Of a DNA stretch of 64,000 nt, positions 40,809 to 50,925 are shown piece by piece. A program made the position numbers and the translations under genes. The stretch's first letter is position 1. The number at the start of each line of letters is the position of its first letter. Below the pieces are notes generated by a model. That model saw nothing but the letters and a program-made list of their open reading frames with translations, had not been told where the DNA came from and did not search any database. The DNA is taken from positions 64,001-128,000 of the forward strand of contig CAVWXH010000010.1 in NCBI GenBank assembly GCA_963758915.1. Direction: 5' to 3'. The DNA comes from an uncultured Methanomicrobiales archaeon. Lineage in GTDB: Archaea > Halobacteriota > Methanomicrobia > Methanomicrobiales > Methanospirillaceae.

Positions 40809-42134
40809 TTATTTCTTAATGGCCTCTTTTAACTGGTTGTATTCCTCAAGGCTGATCTCACCCTTTGCCAGCCTGGTATTGAGGATGGCCATCGGCGTTC
40901 CTGTCTCATTCTGGCTTGTCTTTTTCGGCCTGAGGTTCCCTTTCAGACGCTGGAATAAATCCGACAACGAGGAGACCCAGTCGCTCCCGAGATCGTCCCG
41001 GAGTGTATGGTCCTGCCATAATGCGAGCAGTGCTGTGACCAGGGCTGCAATAATGGCAACAACCATCACAACCGTCTGTGACTGCTGGATCCCCGGGGCC
41101 GTCCCGAGTGTGACGATGGTAACGGGTGCAAGAATAAGGACTGCGATCCCGGCAATACTATGGGCTTTGAGCGTCCAGCGGAATGCCTTTGAGAGCAGCG
41201 AGCCAATTGCGAGGGCAAATGCAGACAGCGTGAGATATGATACTAACAGGAGCACCAGTAACACAAAAACCGGCCACGGGCCGCTCTCTGCCACTACAAG
41301 GTTTGTGTAGATAGCCTGGAGCGTAAAGAGGACGAAAAGGAGGCCGATACCGCATAGCACCTGGACGATGGCAATTGCCGCACGCAGACGAAACGGCTGC
41401 GGGATTGAAAGTTTTCCAAGACCGAAATAATCATGGAATACCAGGAGTCCGAGTGGTATGAACGAGATTAAAAGGAAGATGATGGTAATGATGCCGACGG
41501 GTATTACAAGGGCGGAAGAAGGAAGGGCGGATGTTGCAGGCACCTGGGTGCTGCTCACTGGCGTGGTGGCCGTTACCTTCGGTGTCTGGCCCGGGGACTG
41601 CTGAACTGTAGGTGCGGCCGATGATACTGCCTGACTGCCGGGCAGGATGACATTCGCCTCTCGTATTACAGCAGTACCGGGATATACCTCGTTTCCTCCG
41701 TTATAGACGCCTACCTTAACCAGGGTCTTTTTCCCGGTTGCTGATACCACAGGGACCTCCCCTGTCAGGTTGACCAGTACCGCGAGGTCCCGTCTTGACG
41801 GGTACGAGAGTACCCAGCCATTAATATCAACACTATTGCCGTTATCAGTCAGCGGGGGATTTGCATTACCGTCTAACACTGTCGAATATGACCAGCGGGC
41901 GTTTTCAAGGTCGGTAAACATATCGAGCGTGTTGCCGCTCGAAAATGTCATTCCCCCTTCGGGTACGAAATTGACCGCAAATGAAACGGAGACCTGTTTA
42001 GGCGGGACCTGCCCGGAAACGAGATCCCCGGATGGAGAAACTACCATATTTCTGACATTGATTGCTCCTGACACCGACGGGGTAACGAGGATCAGGAGTA
42101 TTAACATACAAAGGTACCATGTAAGTCTGGCCAT
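40809..42134 (-). CDS. Surface/membrane protein: exported domain, S/T/P linker, multi-TM region, C-terminal SHOCT
   Basis: Signal peptide; Ser/Thr/Pro linker; about 5 TM; RLAKGEISLEEYNQLK SHOCT motif. Confidence 0.75.
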   Translation of the reverse strand: MARLTWYLCMLILLILVTPSVSGAINVRNMVVSPSGDLVSGQVPPKQVSVSFAVNFVPEGGMTFSSGNTLDMFTDLENARWSYSTVLDGNANPPLTDNGNSVDINGWVLSYPSRRDLAVLVNLTGEVPVVSATGKKTLVKVGVYNGGNEVYPGTAVIREANVILPGSQAVSSAAPTVQQSPGQTPKVTATTPVSSTQVPATSALPSSALVIPVGIITIIFLLISFIPLGLLVFHDYFGLGKLSIPQPFRLRAAIAIVQVLCGIGLLFVLFTLQAIYTNLVVAESGPWPVFVLLVLLLVSYLTLSAFALAIGSLLSKAFRWTLKAHSIAGIAVLILAPVTIVTLGTAPGIQQSQTVVMVVAIIAALVTALLALWQDHTLRDDLGSDWVSSLSDLFQRLKGNLRPKKTSQNETGTPMAILNTRLAKGEISLEEYNQLKEAIKK

Positions 42135-42210
42135 AGGTTTCCACTCTTACGCATTCTTTGTATGAGGTGAGAATTTAGTCTTTTCCAGTGATGACAAAAT
42201 GTGTAACGAA

Positions 42211-42295
42211 TGCGAGGGAGGTGATTCGAACACCTGAACCCCTTCGAGAATGGACCCTAAACCCATCGCCTTTGACCAGGCTCGGCAACCCTCGC
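42211..42295 (-). tRNA. tRNA-Leu (TAG)
   Basis: Reverse strand GCGAGGG...CCCTCGCA, ATGGG-TTTAGGG-TCCAT anticodon arm, long variable arm, TTCGAAT T-loop. Confidence 0.94.
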
Positions 42296-42474
42296 AACAC
42301 TAGATATCTGATCGGGCTTTATTTATTGTATTCTCACTTCCCGTTGTCGTTGTCCCTCATGGCAACACCCCCGGGTATTTGCCAGTTCGTCCATTTCCCG
42401 TCGAAGGTGTTCAGTGCATGAGGCTGCCATGGGGACCAGAAGCGCTGGTACGCATTTTTCCGCAATACCCGGGG

Positions 42475-43518
42475 CTAATGCGCCTCTGTCCCGGTATTAC
42501 CGCCAGCCCGGCAGGCTTCATGGTCCCCTTTAAGGATATGGTACCCCGTGATCAGCAGGACAAGGATTAGCGGGCCCAGGACGAACCCAACGAGTCCGAG
42601 GGTATAAAGACCCCCGACAAACCCAATCCACATGATAACAGGATGAATGCAGGTACGCCGCCCCATCAGCACCGGACGGATGAATAGATCGGGAAAGGCG
42701 CAGACAACCGGGTAACCGATAAAAAGAATGAGCAACAGGGCCGTCATATCTGATATTGATACCGCGTACACGGCGAGAAATGCCATCAGAATTGATGGTC
42801 CGAGTATGGGGACTATTTTCAGGAGACCTGCAAGAGCGCTGAAAAAGAGGACATGCTCAAAACCAAGGAAATAAAAAAATGGTAAGGCGAGAAGGAAGGT
42901 AATTATCACGATAATCAGCTGGACCACGTAAACGGCATAGAGGGTATCGACTGCCGCGTGAGTCAGGTGCCTTACCGGTTCTTTTACGTTTACCGGGAGC
43001 ATTGCGAACGATGAATGGTACAGTTCCTCTCCCTTGTAAAGGAACACGGAAAAGCTCAGGAAAAAAACCAGGAGCTGGAACCCGAGTGCCGGTATCTGCC
43101 CGATGAGCGAATCTGCCCACTGGTTAATCGTCTGGTTGCTGTTGCCAATTAGTCCGTCCAGCGCTGTCTGGTTGATGTGGAGCATCGTTGTGATGGGATT
43201 GTTCTGCCCGGGTCCTGCCCAGCTGATAATTGTCGATACGAGACTGTTGAGGAACTCCTGGTTCTGGAGTAATAATCCCACGGCAAACGCGATGACTGCA
43301 ACAAAAATTAAAAACATTATTATGGTGACAAGGGCTGCCGAAGCCTCCGCACCAATCTTCCCGGTGAACCGTTTGTGGAGTGGCAGGGCAATAACGGCAA
43401 TTGAGCCTGCGAATATAAGTGCCACCATGAGCTGCCAGAATATAATTATCGCGACAACCGCAATTGCTGCGACAAGGTACAGGGTGTAGCGGTTTCCTTC
43501 TTCTAACACACCGGGCAT
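42475..43518 (-). CDS. AI-2E (PerM) family transporter
   Basis: VPILGP, D..IRPVLMGR..IHP..GFVGG..GFVLGP. Confidence 0.9.
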   Translation of the reverse strand: MPGVLEEGNRYTLYLVAAIAVVAIIIFWQLMVALIFAGSIAVIALPLHKRFTGKIGAEASAALVTIIMFLIFVAVIAFAVGLLLQNQEFLNSLVSTIISWAGPGQNNPITTMLHINQTALDGLIGNSNQTINQWADSLIGQIPALGFQLLVFFLSFSVFLYKGEELYHSSFAMLPVNVKEPVRHLTHAAVDTLYAVYVVQLIIVIITFLLALPFFYFLGFEHVLFFSALAGLLKIVPILGPSILMAFLAVYAVSISDMTALLLILFIGYPVVCAFPDLFIRPVLMGRRTCIHPVIMWIGFVGGLYTLGLVGFVLGPLILVLLITGYHILKGDHEACRAGGNTGTEAH

Positions 43519-43681
43519 CAGGTAGTACTCTCTCCGGGATTTTTATTAAATTGTCCTCTCTAAAATCACCCGGTATGTTGTTACAATCATGGCGCAGCCA
43601 ACCCGTTTGCCGGTTGGCTGCAACCCCGGAAAAACCAATCTGTTCTTAAAATAAGCCACTGAATAGTTCAGAAGAGGGATC

Positions 43682-44551
43682 ATTACGGAATCACAGGAGT
43701 GCAGGCTCACGGTAATCGCATTAGGGGCAATCACAATCGTCTTGTTTATTGGTATGGTCGTACTTGCGACCATTGCAACCGGTGAACCGGCACCAGGTCA
43801 GGCCACTGAACACTATGAAATGCAGGGGGCGCTGTTAGAGGCAGCGGCGTCCGTTGGCCAGGACCTTGCTGCGATGGACACAGCGGTTACAGACGGTGCA
43901 ACGAGGATAGGGTCAGTCGGGCTCAACGGGACTGGAACAAAGGCTGCGCTTGCGAGGATGGGCCGGTTTCCCTGGGCCGTTGACACAATAACGGTCAATG
44001 AATCAGGGTTCATTTCCATGGCCGAGCCGGAAATCTACGAGTCCGTTATCGGGGAATACCTGGGTGATCAGAAACACCTGCAGCGGCTTTACTCCGAGAA
44101 AGTGCCGGTAATGAGTGATGTTTTTCTGTCAGTCGAGGGGATACCTGCCGTTGATATCGCGTCACCAGTGTTTTCACCCGAGGGGAGATTCATCGGGGCG
44201 ACCACCCTGCTTTTCAGACCAGAACCGTTTTTTGCACAAAACACCCCAAAAAAGTCAGATGGGACCCCCTGGCATCTCATGGTAATGCAGAAAAACGGAC
44301 TTATCGTGTATGATCCTGATCAGGGACAGATCGGGAAGAATACCTTATCAGACCCGCTTTTTGAGCCGTTCCCGGAACTTACTGCACTTGCAGGGGTCAT
44401 GTCCCGGGAAAGGATGGGAAATGGTACCTATAACTTTCATGATGCAGAAGGGATGAATGTTACAAAGGAAGCGATGTGGACTACCGTTGGTATCAGGGGC
44501 ACTGAATGGCGTCTTGTCCTTATCCGAATTATCGAGCCCGCAAATTCATAA
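43682..44551 (+). CDS. Membrane-anchored stand-alone dCache sensor-domain protein; start uncertain (43682-43742)
   Basis: MSDVFLSVEG..ASPVF..G.FIG, G.IVYDPD..IGKN, W.LV cache motifs; N-terminal TM begins upstream of TTG 43742. Confidence 0.75.
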   Translation: MTESQECRLTVIALGAITIVLFIGMVVLATIATGEPAPGQATEHYEMQGALLEAAASVGQDLAAMDTAVTDGATRIGSVGLNGTGTKAALARMGRFPWAVDTITVNESGFISMAEPEIYESVIGEYLGDQKHLQRLYSEKVPVMSDVFLSVEGIPAVDIASPVFSPEGRFIGATTLLFRPEPFFAQNTPKKSDGTPWHLMVMQKNGLIVYDPDQGQIGKNTLSDPLFEPFPELTALAGVMSRERMGNGTYNFHDAEGMNVTKEAMWTTVGIRGTEWRLVLIRIIEPANS

Positions 44552-44738
44552 ACAGGGGAAATTGAATTACCCCAGTTATTTACCGTTCAGTAAAGCCCCG
44601 GACATGCACGTTTACCCAATCTGGATCCGGTATTCTCTCTCTTTTATGGAAAATCAGGATATTATTTATTATTTTACCTGGTGACCCAGTTATTCGTCAG
44701 GCTTTGATCCTGTTAAGATGATCCCGTCCTGCCAAGCT

Positions 44739-46322
44739 TTACAGGAACAAAAAGAGGATCAGGAGCGCTGACGTTAAGAATGCCAGCAATATGACAACCA
44801 CGGCGGACTTCCTGATTACCGCCCCCTCTATCCCGGGCTGGTCGATTACCGCCGCAGCGTTGATAATTTTGGCTGGTGCGATACCCGAAGCGATCCCGCC
44901 TGCAACCATGTGGGCCGCGTAGACGCTGGTGAAATCCAGGTTAAGGACCTGGGTGGCCTTTTGCAGGATCCCGTAAAACATCACGTTTGACGAGGTCTCG
45001 CTCCCGGAAACAAAGGACCCGAATAACCCAAGCAGGGGGCTGACAACGGGAAAGGCAATCCCGAATACCAGGGCAAGGGTATACCCGATCACGGCGTTCA
45101 TGTTGAGGTCATACGACCCCGAAACGAAAGTGAGGGTATTGTTAATAACAGTCTGGCCTGACCAGTCCATCACGTAGGCGATTGCAAAAAAGATCGCAGC
45201 GGCGAGCGTAGGGCTCCATGCCCGTTTTAACCAGAGTTTTGTGATCTCCAGGCCTTCATTCCGTGACCTGATGAGGAATGGTGCAGCGATCAGCGTGCTG
45301 ACGACCACCCAGAAATAAGCCTGGTTCATGATTTTCAGGTCAACCGCCTTGTTGGCAACCACGGTAATCTTCTGGGCATTTCCAAGAATATTATAGAGTC
45401 CTGCCTGTAGTTGAGGGAGACTGATGAAAATTACCAGTACCACAAGGAGGGCCCATGGCAGCACAGCCTTCCAGAGTGGCATAAGCGTGGGATCCCTGGC
45501 TATCGCAACATTATGCTGTGTTACTGTTCGTGCAGGAACCTTTCTGACCCTGAATGCCCGGTACAGGAAAAGGACTGCAATGGTGACAAGTCCTGCAAAT
45601 ACCCCGACAAGGCCGATTGCAGATGCAGGGAGGATATTGACAAAGACAATGGCGAAAATCCCCAGTGTGAGCCCTGCAAGGACTGCGGGGACAAAGCCTT
45701 TCCGCACACCGTCCATGCCATCCGCTACCCATAACATTCCTAATGAAAGGCCGGTGGAAATAACCGGCAGGAACAATGCGACGTTACTGCCCATAATGAC
45801 GGCATCAAACCCGAATACTGCTGCCGGAAGGGTGATGGGGACCGCGAGGAGCGAAAATGACGTGAGCGGGTCATACCCTAGGCATGGCAGGGCAACGGAT
45901 GCAACCGGGGAGAAGCCCAGCGCTATCATGATCGGCGGGAGCATGGTAACGGGGGTTGCCCCGATTGAAACGAGGAACGAACCGAACCCCACGTTCAGGA
46001 TCATGATCTGTTCGTACCGTTCTGCTGCAATTGACCTGATATATTCAGAAATACTCCGGATCGCACCCGTCAGGTCCATCATCGTGACCTGGAGGATGGT
46101 AAAGAGGACCATCAGGGATATACCAAACGAAGCCAGGATCCCACTTGCAGAGGCATAAAGGGCAATTGCAGGTGAGGTATTGAAGAACATAACCGCGACG
46201 AGCATCGTGAGGAGCCAGCCAATCACTGCCATCAGGGTACCTGACTGTTTCAGAACTACAATACCCACAAAAATAATAATAATGGGTAAAATCGCAAGGA
46301 AAAAAAGGATTATCGAATTCAA
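44739..46322 (-). CDS. L-lactate permease (LctP) family transporter
   Basis: About 13 TM; PLLGLFGSFVSGSETSSNVMF, IAPAKI. Confidence 0.85.
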   Translation of the reverse strand: MNSIILFFLAILPIIIIFVGIVVLKQSGTLMAVIGWLLTMLVAVMFFNTSPAIALYASASGILASFGISLMVLFTILQVTMMDLTGAIRSISEYIRSIAAERYEQIMILNVGFGSFLVSIGATPVTMLPPIMIALGFSPVASVALPCLGYDPLTSFSLLAVPITLPAAVFGFDAVIMGSNVALFLPVISTGLSLGMLWVADGMDGVRKGFVPAVLAGLTLGIFAIVFVNILPASAIGLVGVFAGLVTIAVLFLYRAFRVRKVPARTVTQHNVAIARDPTLMPLWKAVLPWALLVVLVIFISLPQLQAGLYNILGNAQKITVVANKAVDLKIMNQAYFWVVVSTLIAAPFLIRSRNEGLEITKLWLKRAWSPTLAAAIFFAIAYVMDWSGQTVINNTLTFVSGSYDLNMNAVIGYTLALVFGIAFPVVSPLLGLFGSFVSGSETSSNVMFYGILQKATQVLNLDFTSVYAAHMVAGGIASGIAPAKIINAAAVIDQPGIEGAVIRKSAVVVILLAFLTSALLILFLFL

Positions 46323-46613
46323 CAGTATGCCAGTCCTTCTACTAATTTCCTATGCAGTCACATAACTATTTTGGAATGTTCCACGAACCCGGGGTTTATT
46401 CATCCTGGGGCGCCCTTGAAAGAGTCCTGTTATAGTATCGGCGCACAGAGAGGTGCCGGGTATATGCCGGGATGAAAAAATTATGAAATGTCGTATGGTC
46501 CCCCTGCGTTTCGGATGGATCTCTGCATACTGCATCATGCTGGCTGGTTCTCGCTGCCTCCGGTTCCGGAATGCCGTTCATATTTACGCGGCAGGATTAT
46601 TCTGCCGGGGTGC

Positions 46614-46739
46614 TTACCAGCGGTTGTTCCTGATTGCATCATGCCAGGCCTTCCGGGCACGGGCAAAGGTACCCCGCAATGATGGTCTTTCCAGGTACCG
46701 CATGAACAGGTGGAGTCTCCGGTCGTCTTGTTGTTTCAT
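46614..46739 (-). CDS. Candidate 41-aa small protein
   Basis: MKQQDDRRLHLFMRYLERPSLRGTFARARKAWHDAIRNNRW; GGGATGA SD-like run 6 nt upstream; CGGCAG/CTGCCG hairpin after the stop. Confidence 0.4.
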   Translation of the reverse strand: MKQQDDRRLHLFMRYLERPSLRGTFARARKAWHDAIRNNRW

Positions 46740-46954
46740 TTCAGTTCATCCCACGGGTTATTTTTCGCCTGTTACCGTCTCCCGGTACTTCCGGCTCCTG
46801 AGGGAGAATCTTCTCTGTATATTTTTTCGGCGGTTTCATATCAGCCTGGAGGCTCCAATCTTTCTGTTACCCCGCGGTGAAATAAAAACATCCAAATATC
46901 TGCCCACTTACTTCTTACCTGAGGGGTGAACCCGGGAATTATCCGGTCTCCATT

Positions 46955-48424
46955 ATGTTTGAGCTGTATAACCTCAACGCAACCGTTGATGAAAAAACTA
47001 TTGATAAGACCCTTCCCGGAATTAAGGAGCATCTGGGGGAACTCCAACGTGCCTGCCGCGATAATGGCATACCGGTCGTGATCCTGATTGAAGGGTGGAA
47101 CGCATCCGGCATCACATCGGTTTCCGGTGAAATTGTCCAGGCGATTGATCCCCGTGGCTATAACCTCTATTCGATCGGTACGCCAACTGACGAGGAAAAA
47201 GCGCATAACCTGATCTGGCGTTTTTTTATTAAAACCCCTGCAAAAGGCAGAATTGCAATTTTTGCCAGGAGCTGGTACAGCCGTACCCTTGCAGAACAGC
47301 TGAGCGGCCTCAACTGGAATGAACGGCTGAAGGAATCCACCTCGGCAATACGTAACTTTGAGCGCCAGCTCGTTGATGACGGGACACTGGTCCTCAAGTT
47401 TTTCCTCCATATCAGCAAGGAGGAGCAGCGGAAGCGGATGATCGAACGGGAGAGGGATACCCTTACCGGGTGGATGATCACAAGGGGGGACTGGGATTTT
47501 CACCACCATTATGACCTTTACCTTCCCGTGATCGAGCAGATCATTGAAGAGACCGATACCCCGTTTGCACCGTGGACAATCGTTGAGGCGACCAACCCGG
47601 CATATGCGGGTTTCAAAGTTATTTCAAGGATCACAAAGGTCCTGGAAAGACGGGTTTCCGGGAAAGAGCCAGCTGGTAAAAATTACAGGGACGGATCCCC
47701 GAAACATAAAAAGCGCCTTGATGTTGATAAGGCCGACCTGACAAAAACCACTGTAAAACAGGACTACTCCGGGCAGCTCAAAGAGTACCAGGACCAGGTC
47801 AGGGAGGCCCAGTACCTGCTCTATAAGCGGAAGGTACCCCTGATTATCGTATATGAGGGGTGGGACGCCGCCGGGAAGGGGGGAAATATCCTCCGCCTTA
47901 CCGCGAGTATGAACCCACGGGGGTACGAAGTCGTCCCGGTTTCCAGGCCGAATGACTACGAACTGTCGCACCATTACCTCTGGAGATTTTATTCCCGCTT
48001 CCCAAAAGCAGGTCATATTACCCTGTTTGACCGTAGCTGGTACGGGAGGGTGCTTGTTGAGCGGGTCGAAGGGTTTTGTTCCGAACCTGAATGGAAACGG
48101 GCCTTCAATGAGATCAACGAGATGGAACGGAATTTCGTATATGAAGGTGGTGGGATAGTAAAGTTCTGGCTTGAAATTGACCGGGACGAACAGCTTGCAA
48201 GGTTCCGCCAGCGGGAAACGGACTCGAAGAAGCAATGGAAGATCACGGATGAGGACTGGAGGAACAGGGAGAAGTGGGGTGAATACCGGGATGCTGTCAA
48301 TGAAATGTTTGCAAAAACAGATACCCCTGTTGCACCATGGACACTCGTTGAGTCGAATGATAAATTTTATGCACGGTTAAAGACCCTGCAGACCACCATC
48401 GATTACGTGGGGGCACTCCTGTAG
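46955..48424 (+). CDS. pap: Polyphosphate:AMP phosphotransferase (tandem-domain PPK2)
   Basis: Two PPK2 domains: degenerate EGWNASGI..ARSWY and intact EGWDAAGKGG..DRSWYGRVLVERVEG. Confidence 0.92.
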   Translation: MFELYNLNATVDEKTIDKTLPGIKEHLGELQRACRDNGIPVVILIEGWNASGITSVSGEIVQAIDPRGYNLYSIGTPTDEEKAHNLIWRFFIKTPAKGRIAIFARSWYSRTLAEQLSGLNWNERLKESTSAIRNFERQLVDDGTLVLKFFLHISKEEQRKRMIERERDTLTGWMITRGDWDFHHHYDLYLPVIEQIIEETDTPFAPWTIVEATNPAYAGFKVISRITKVLERRVSGKEPAGKNYRDGSPKHKKRLDVDKADLTKTTVKQDYSGQLKEYQDQVREAQYLLYKRKVPLIIVYEGWDAAGKGGNILRLTASMNPRGYEVVPVSRPNDYELSHHYLWRFYSRFPKAGHITLFDRSWYGRVLVERVEGFCSEPEWKRAFNEINEMERNFVYEGGGIVKFWLEIDRDEQLARFRQRETDSKKQWKITDEDWRNREKWGEYRDAVNEMFAKTDTPVAPWTLVESNDKFYARLKTLQTTIDYVGALL

Positions 48425-48492
48425 CCGCAGGTAGTTGCACAAGCGTAGTCCCTGCCGGGGCGGTGCTCACCAGCAACCCGGTGTGCAGGTTG

Positions 48493-48702
48493 CTAATCGA
48501 ATAGTTCAGCCTTGAAACGGGGCTTTCTCCCGGTTTCGCCACGTTCTGTGTCCCTGGACTGTTTTGGTTTAGCCTCCGGTACAGGCAGGATAGCGGGTGA
48601 ACAGAGGAGCACGAGACCGCAGACCTCTTTTTTTGGAGAAAACAGCATGCAGGGCTCTCCAACGCATTCCAGTTTGTCAAAAGGACAGAGTTTTCTTTTC
48701 AT
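48493..48702 (-). CDS. Small Cys-rich hypothetical protein
   Basis: CPF..C...C.....C pattern; FKAELFD C-terminus. Confidence 0.55.
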   Translation of the reverse strand: MKRKLCPFDKLECVGEPCMLFSPKKEVCGLVLLCSPAILPVPEAKPKQSRDTERGETGRKPRFKAELFD

Positions 48703-48910
48703 CAGGTAATCAGACTCCGCTGAATCGTTATGGTACTCTCATTTTTACCGCTATTCAAGTACGTGTTAAATACCTGTACAGGATACATTCTTGATATAAC
48801 CCCCGGGAAAACAGGAAAATGGCCCGTGCAAATTATTATGACCCTGCATAAGGGGCTGCACGGGAGATGAAAATTCCCATGATCCGGAAAGAAAAAATCC
48901 CTGTTATGGA

Positions 48911-49573
48911 GTGATCTACATTTCGAATGAGAACGAAACCGTAAAGCAAATCGGATTTGGGAAGAACAGGATTGAATCCCTGAGTGACTGTATATTCGCC
49001 TTCGCGATGACATTACTGGCCATCGGGATTGAAGTCCCCGCGGATGTCAACGGGTTCACTCCTGCTCTTGTCCAGTCAACGCTGATGGAACTGTTCCCGG
49101 ATTTTGTTCATTTTATCATTGCATTCCTCCTGATAGCTGCGTTATGGGTTATGCACCATATGCAGTTTCACAAGATCCATTATGTGGACCATAACCTTCT
49201 CTGGATGACCATCGGATCACTCCTCTTTGTAGTGGTTATCCCGTTTTCTACAGATCTGATTGGAGATTTCCCTGCCAATCCCCTTTGCGCGTTCATTTTT
49301 GAACTGAACCTGCTGATAACCAGCTCTCTCTTCTACCTGCAATGGAGGTATGCTACTGCCAACCGCCACCTTATTGACCCCTCAATAAGTGACCAGACGA
49401 TCAGGGCCGGGAAACAACGTGCCGCCGTGATACCTGCCCTTTCAGCCGTGGGAATTATACTAGCTTTTGCAGGCGTCCCGTGGAGTACCCTGGTATACGT
49501 GTTCGCACCCATGGTATTCCTCGTAATACATCTGTATGGCCCGAAATTACCTGGTGGGAGCTGGGGGTTCTGA
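48911..49573 (+). CDS. TMEM175-family K+ channel; start uncertain
   Basis: RIESLSDCIFAFAMTLL (RxxxFSD-like motif), W..HH..F, IPFST. Confidence 0.88.
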   Translation: MIYISNENETVKQIGFGKNRIESLSDCIFAFAMTLLAIGIEVPADVNGFTPALVQSTLMELFPDFVHFIIAFLLIAALWVMHHMQFHKIHYVDHNLLWMTIGSLLFVVVIPFSTDLIGDFPANPLCAFIFELNLLITSSLFYLQWRYATANRHLIDPSISDQTIRAGKQRAAVIPALSAVGIILAFAGVPWSTLVYVFAPMVFLVIHLYGPKLPGGSWGF

Positions 49574-49649
49574 CGTCACTACTTCTTAGTGCCTGTGAAA
49601 AATAGTTATGTCCCTTCATTTTTCAGGGGTCTCCCCCTTTTGCAGTGGC

Positions 49650-50117
49650 CTACCGCTTTGCAAACCGCAGGGAAGCGGAATTCATGCAATACCGTTTATG
49701 CGTCGGTGGCGGACCATCATCAAATACATGCCCGAGATGGGCTGCACATCGTGTGCAGAGTACCTCGGTCCGCACCATCCCGCCTGTCTTGTCGACCGTG
49801 GTCTTCACGTTCAGGTCTGATATCGGGGCATAAAAACTCGGCCACCCGGTACCTGAGCGGAATTTTGCATCTGAAGAGAAGAGATCCGTGCCACAGCAGA
49901 CACAATGGTAGGTCCCCTTTTCGTGGAAATCATCGTACTTGTTCGAAAACGGGGGTTCGGTCCCTGCTTTCCGCGCAATTCCGAACTGGTCCCTGGTAAG
50001 GATGGCACTCCATTCCTCGTCTGTCTTCTCCATCCGGTCAAGGAGCTCAACACGTCCTGTTTTCTCCACGAATATTGGTACTTTATTATCCATAGCTCCG
50101 GCCTGGTTAGATGACAT
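49650..50117 (-). CDS. msrB: Peptide-methionine (R)-S-oxide reductase
   Basis: GTEPPF, CVCC, SGTGWPSF, HLGHVF.DGP, RYCMNS. Confidence 0.96.
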   Translation of the reverse strand: MSSNQAGAMDNKVPIFVEKTGRVELLDRMEKTDEEWSAILTRDQFGIARKAGTEPPFSNKYDDFHEKGTYHCVCCGTDLFSSDAKFRSGTGWPSFYAPISDLNVKTTVDKTGGMVRTEVLCTRCAAHLGHVFDDGPPPTHKRYCMNSASLRFAKR

Positions 50118-50311
50118 CCGGTCCTCCGGTTATGAGCAGTGGTCTATCGCATTATTAATATCTTTTTATCTGGCTATATCACCAGCCTGTAACGGGATAA
50201 TTACCCGTCAGGCTGCACCTTAAAAGGGAGTACATAATTGGCATGACGGTAAAGGATGAAGAAGAGCGCGGGGATAAGCCTGGTACTTGTTACGTGTGAA
50301 GGGGTTTGTGA

Positions 50312-50812
50312 ATGCCATTATTGCAGGGATTACCGTTTGAATCCGGTGGTAATCCACGTGTACTGATCCTTGGTAGTTTTCCAAGTCCGCTCTCGCTTGA
50401 GGCAGGAGAGTATTACGCAAATCCAAGGAACCAGTTCTGGAACATCATAGAGGTACACCTCGGTATTTCAAAGGGGTTACCATATACGGAAAAGCTCGCG
50501 GGCCTGAAGATGAACGATATCGCGATCTGGGACGTGATTTTCTCCTGTGAGCGTCGTGGGGCAATGGACACGGCCATCAGGAATGCCACCCTGAACGATA
50601 TCCCACTCTTTCTTGATGACAATCCGACGGTCAGGATGGTGATTGCCAATGGTGCCACGGCAGGAAGGTATCTTGGGAAATTCAGGCAGGTCTGGCGCTC
50701 CCAGGCGGATATTCATATCCTCCCCTCGACGAGCCCGGCCAATGCCCGGACCCCGTTTGCTGAAAAATTAAGCGCCTGGAAAGTTATGCTGGGGGTGATA
50801 CATAGTTCATAA
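50312..50812 (+). CDS. DNA-deoxyinosine glycosylase (UDG family 6-like)
   Basis: LILGSFPS..YYANPRNQFW, WDV, LPSTSPAN. Confidence 0.88.
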   Translation: MPLLQGLPFESGGNPRVLILGSFPSPLSLEAGEYYANPRNQFWNIIEVHLGISKGLPYTEKLAGLKMNDIAIWDVIFSCERRGAMDTAIRNATLNDIPLFLDDNPTVRMVIANGATAGRYLGKFRQVWRSQADIHILPSTSPANARTPFAEKLSAWKVMLGVIHSS

Positions 50813-50925
50813 AAAAGAGCCTGAATAATGATCCCCTGGAATGTTTTCAACCGGAACGACCAGGACCAGAACCTATTAATGGGTGGCAGTAAACCGGATT
50901 AAATGAACAGGTTGGGAGAGTGAAT

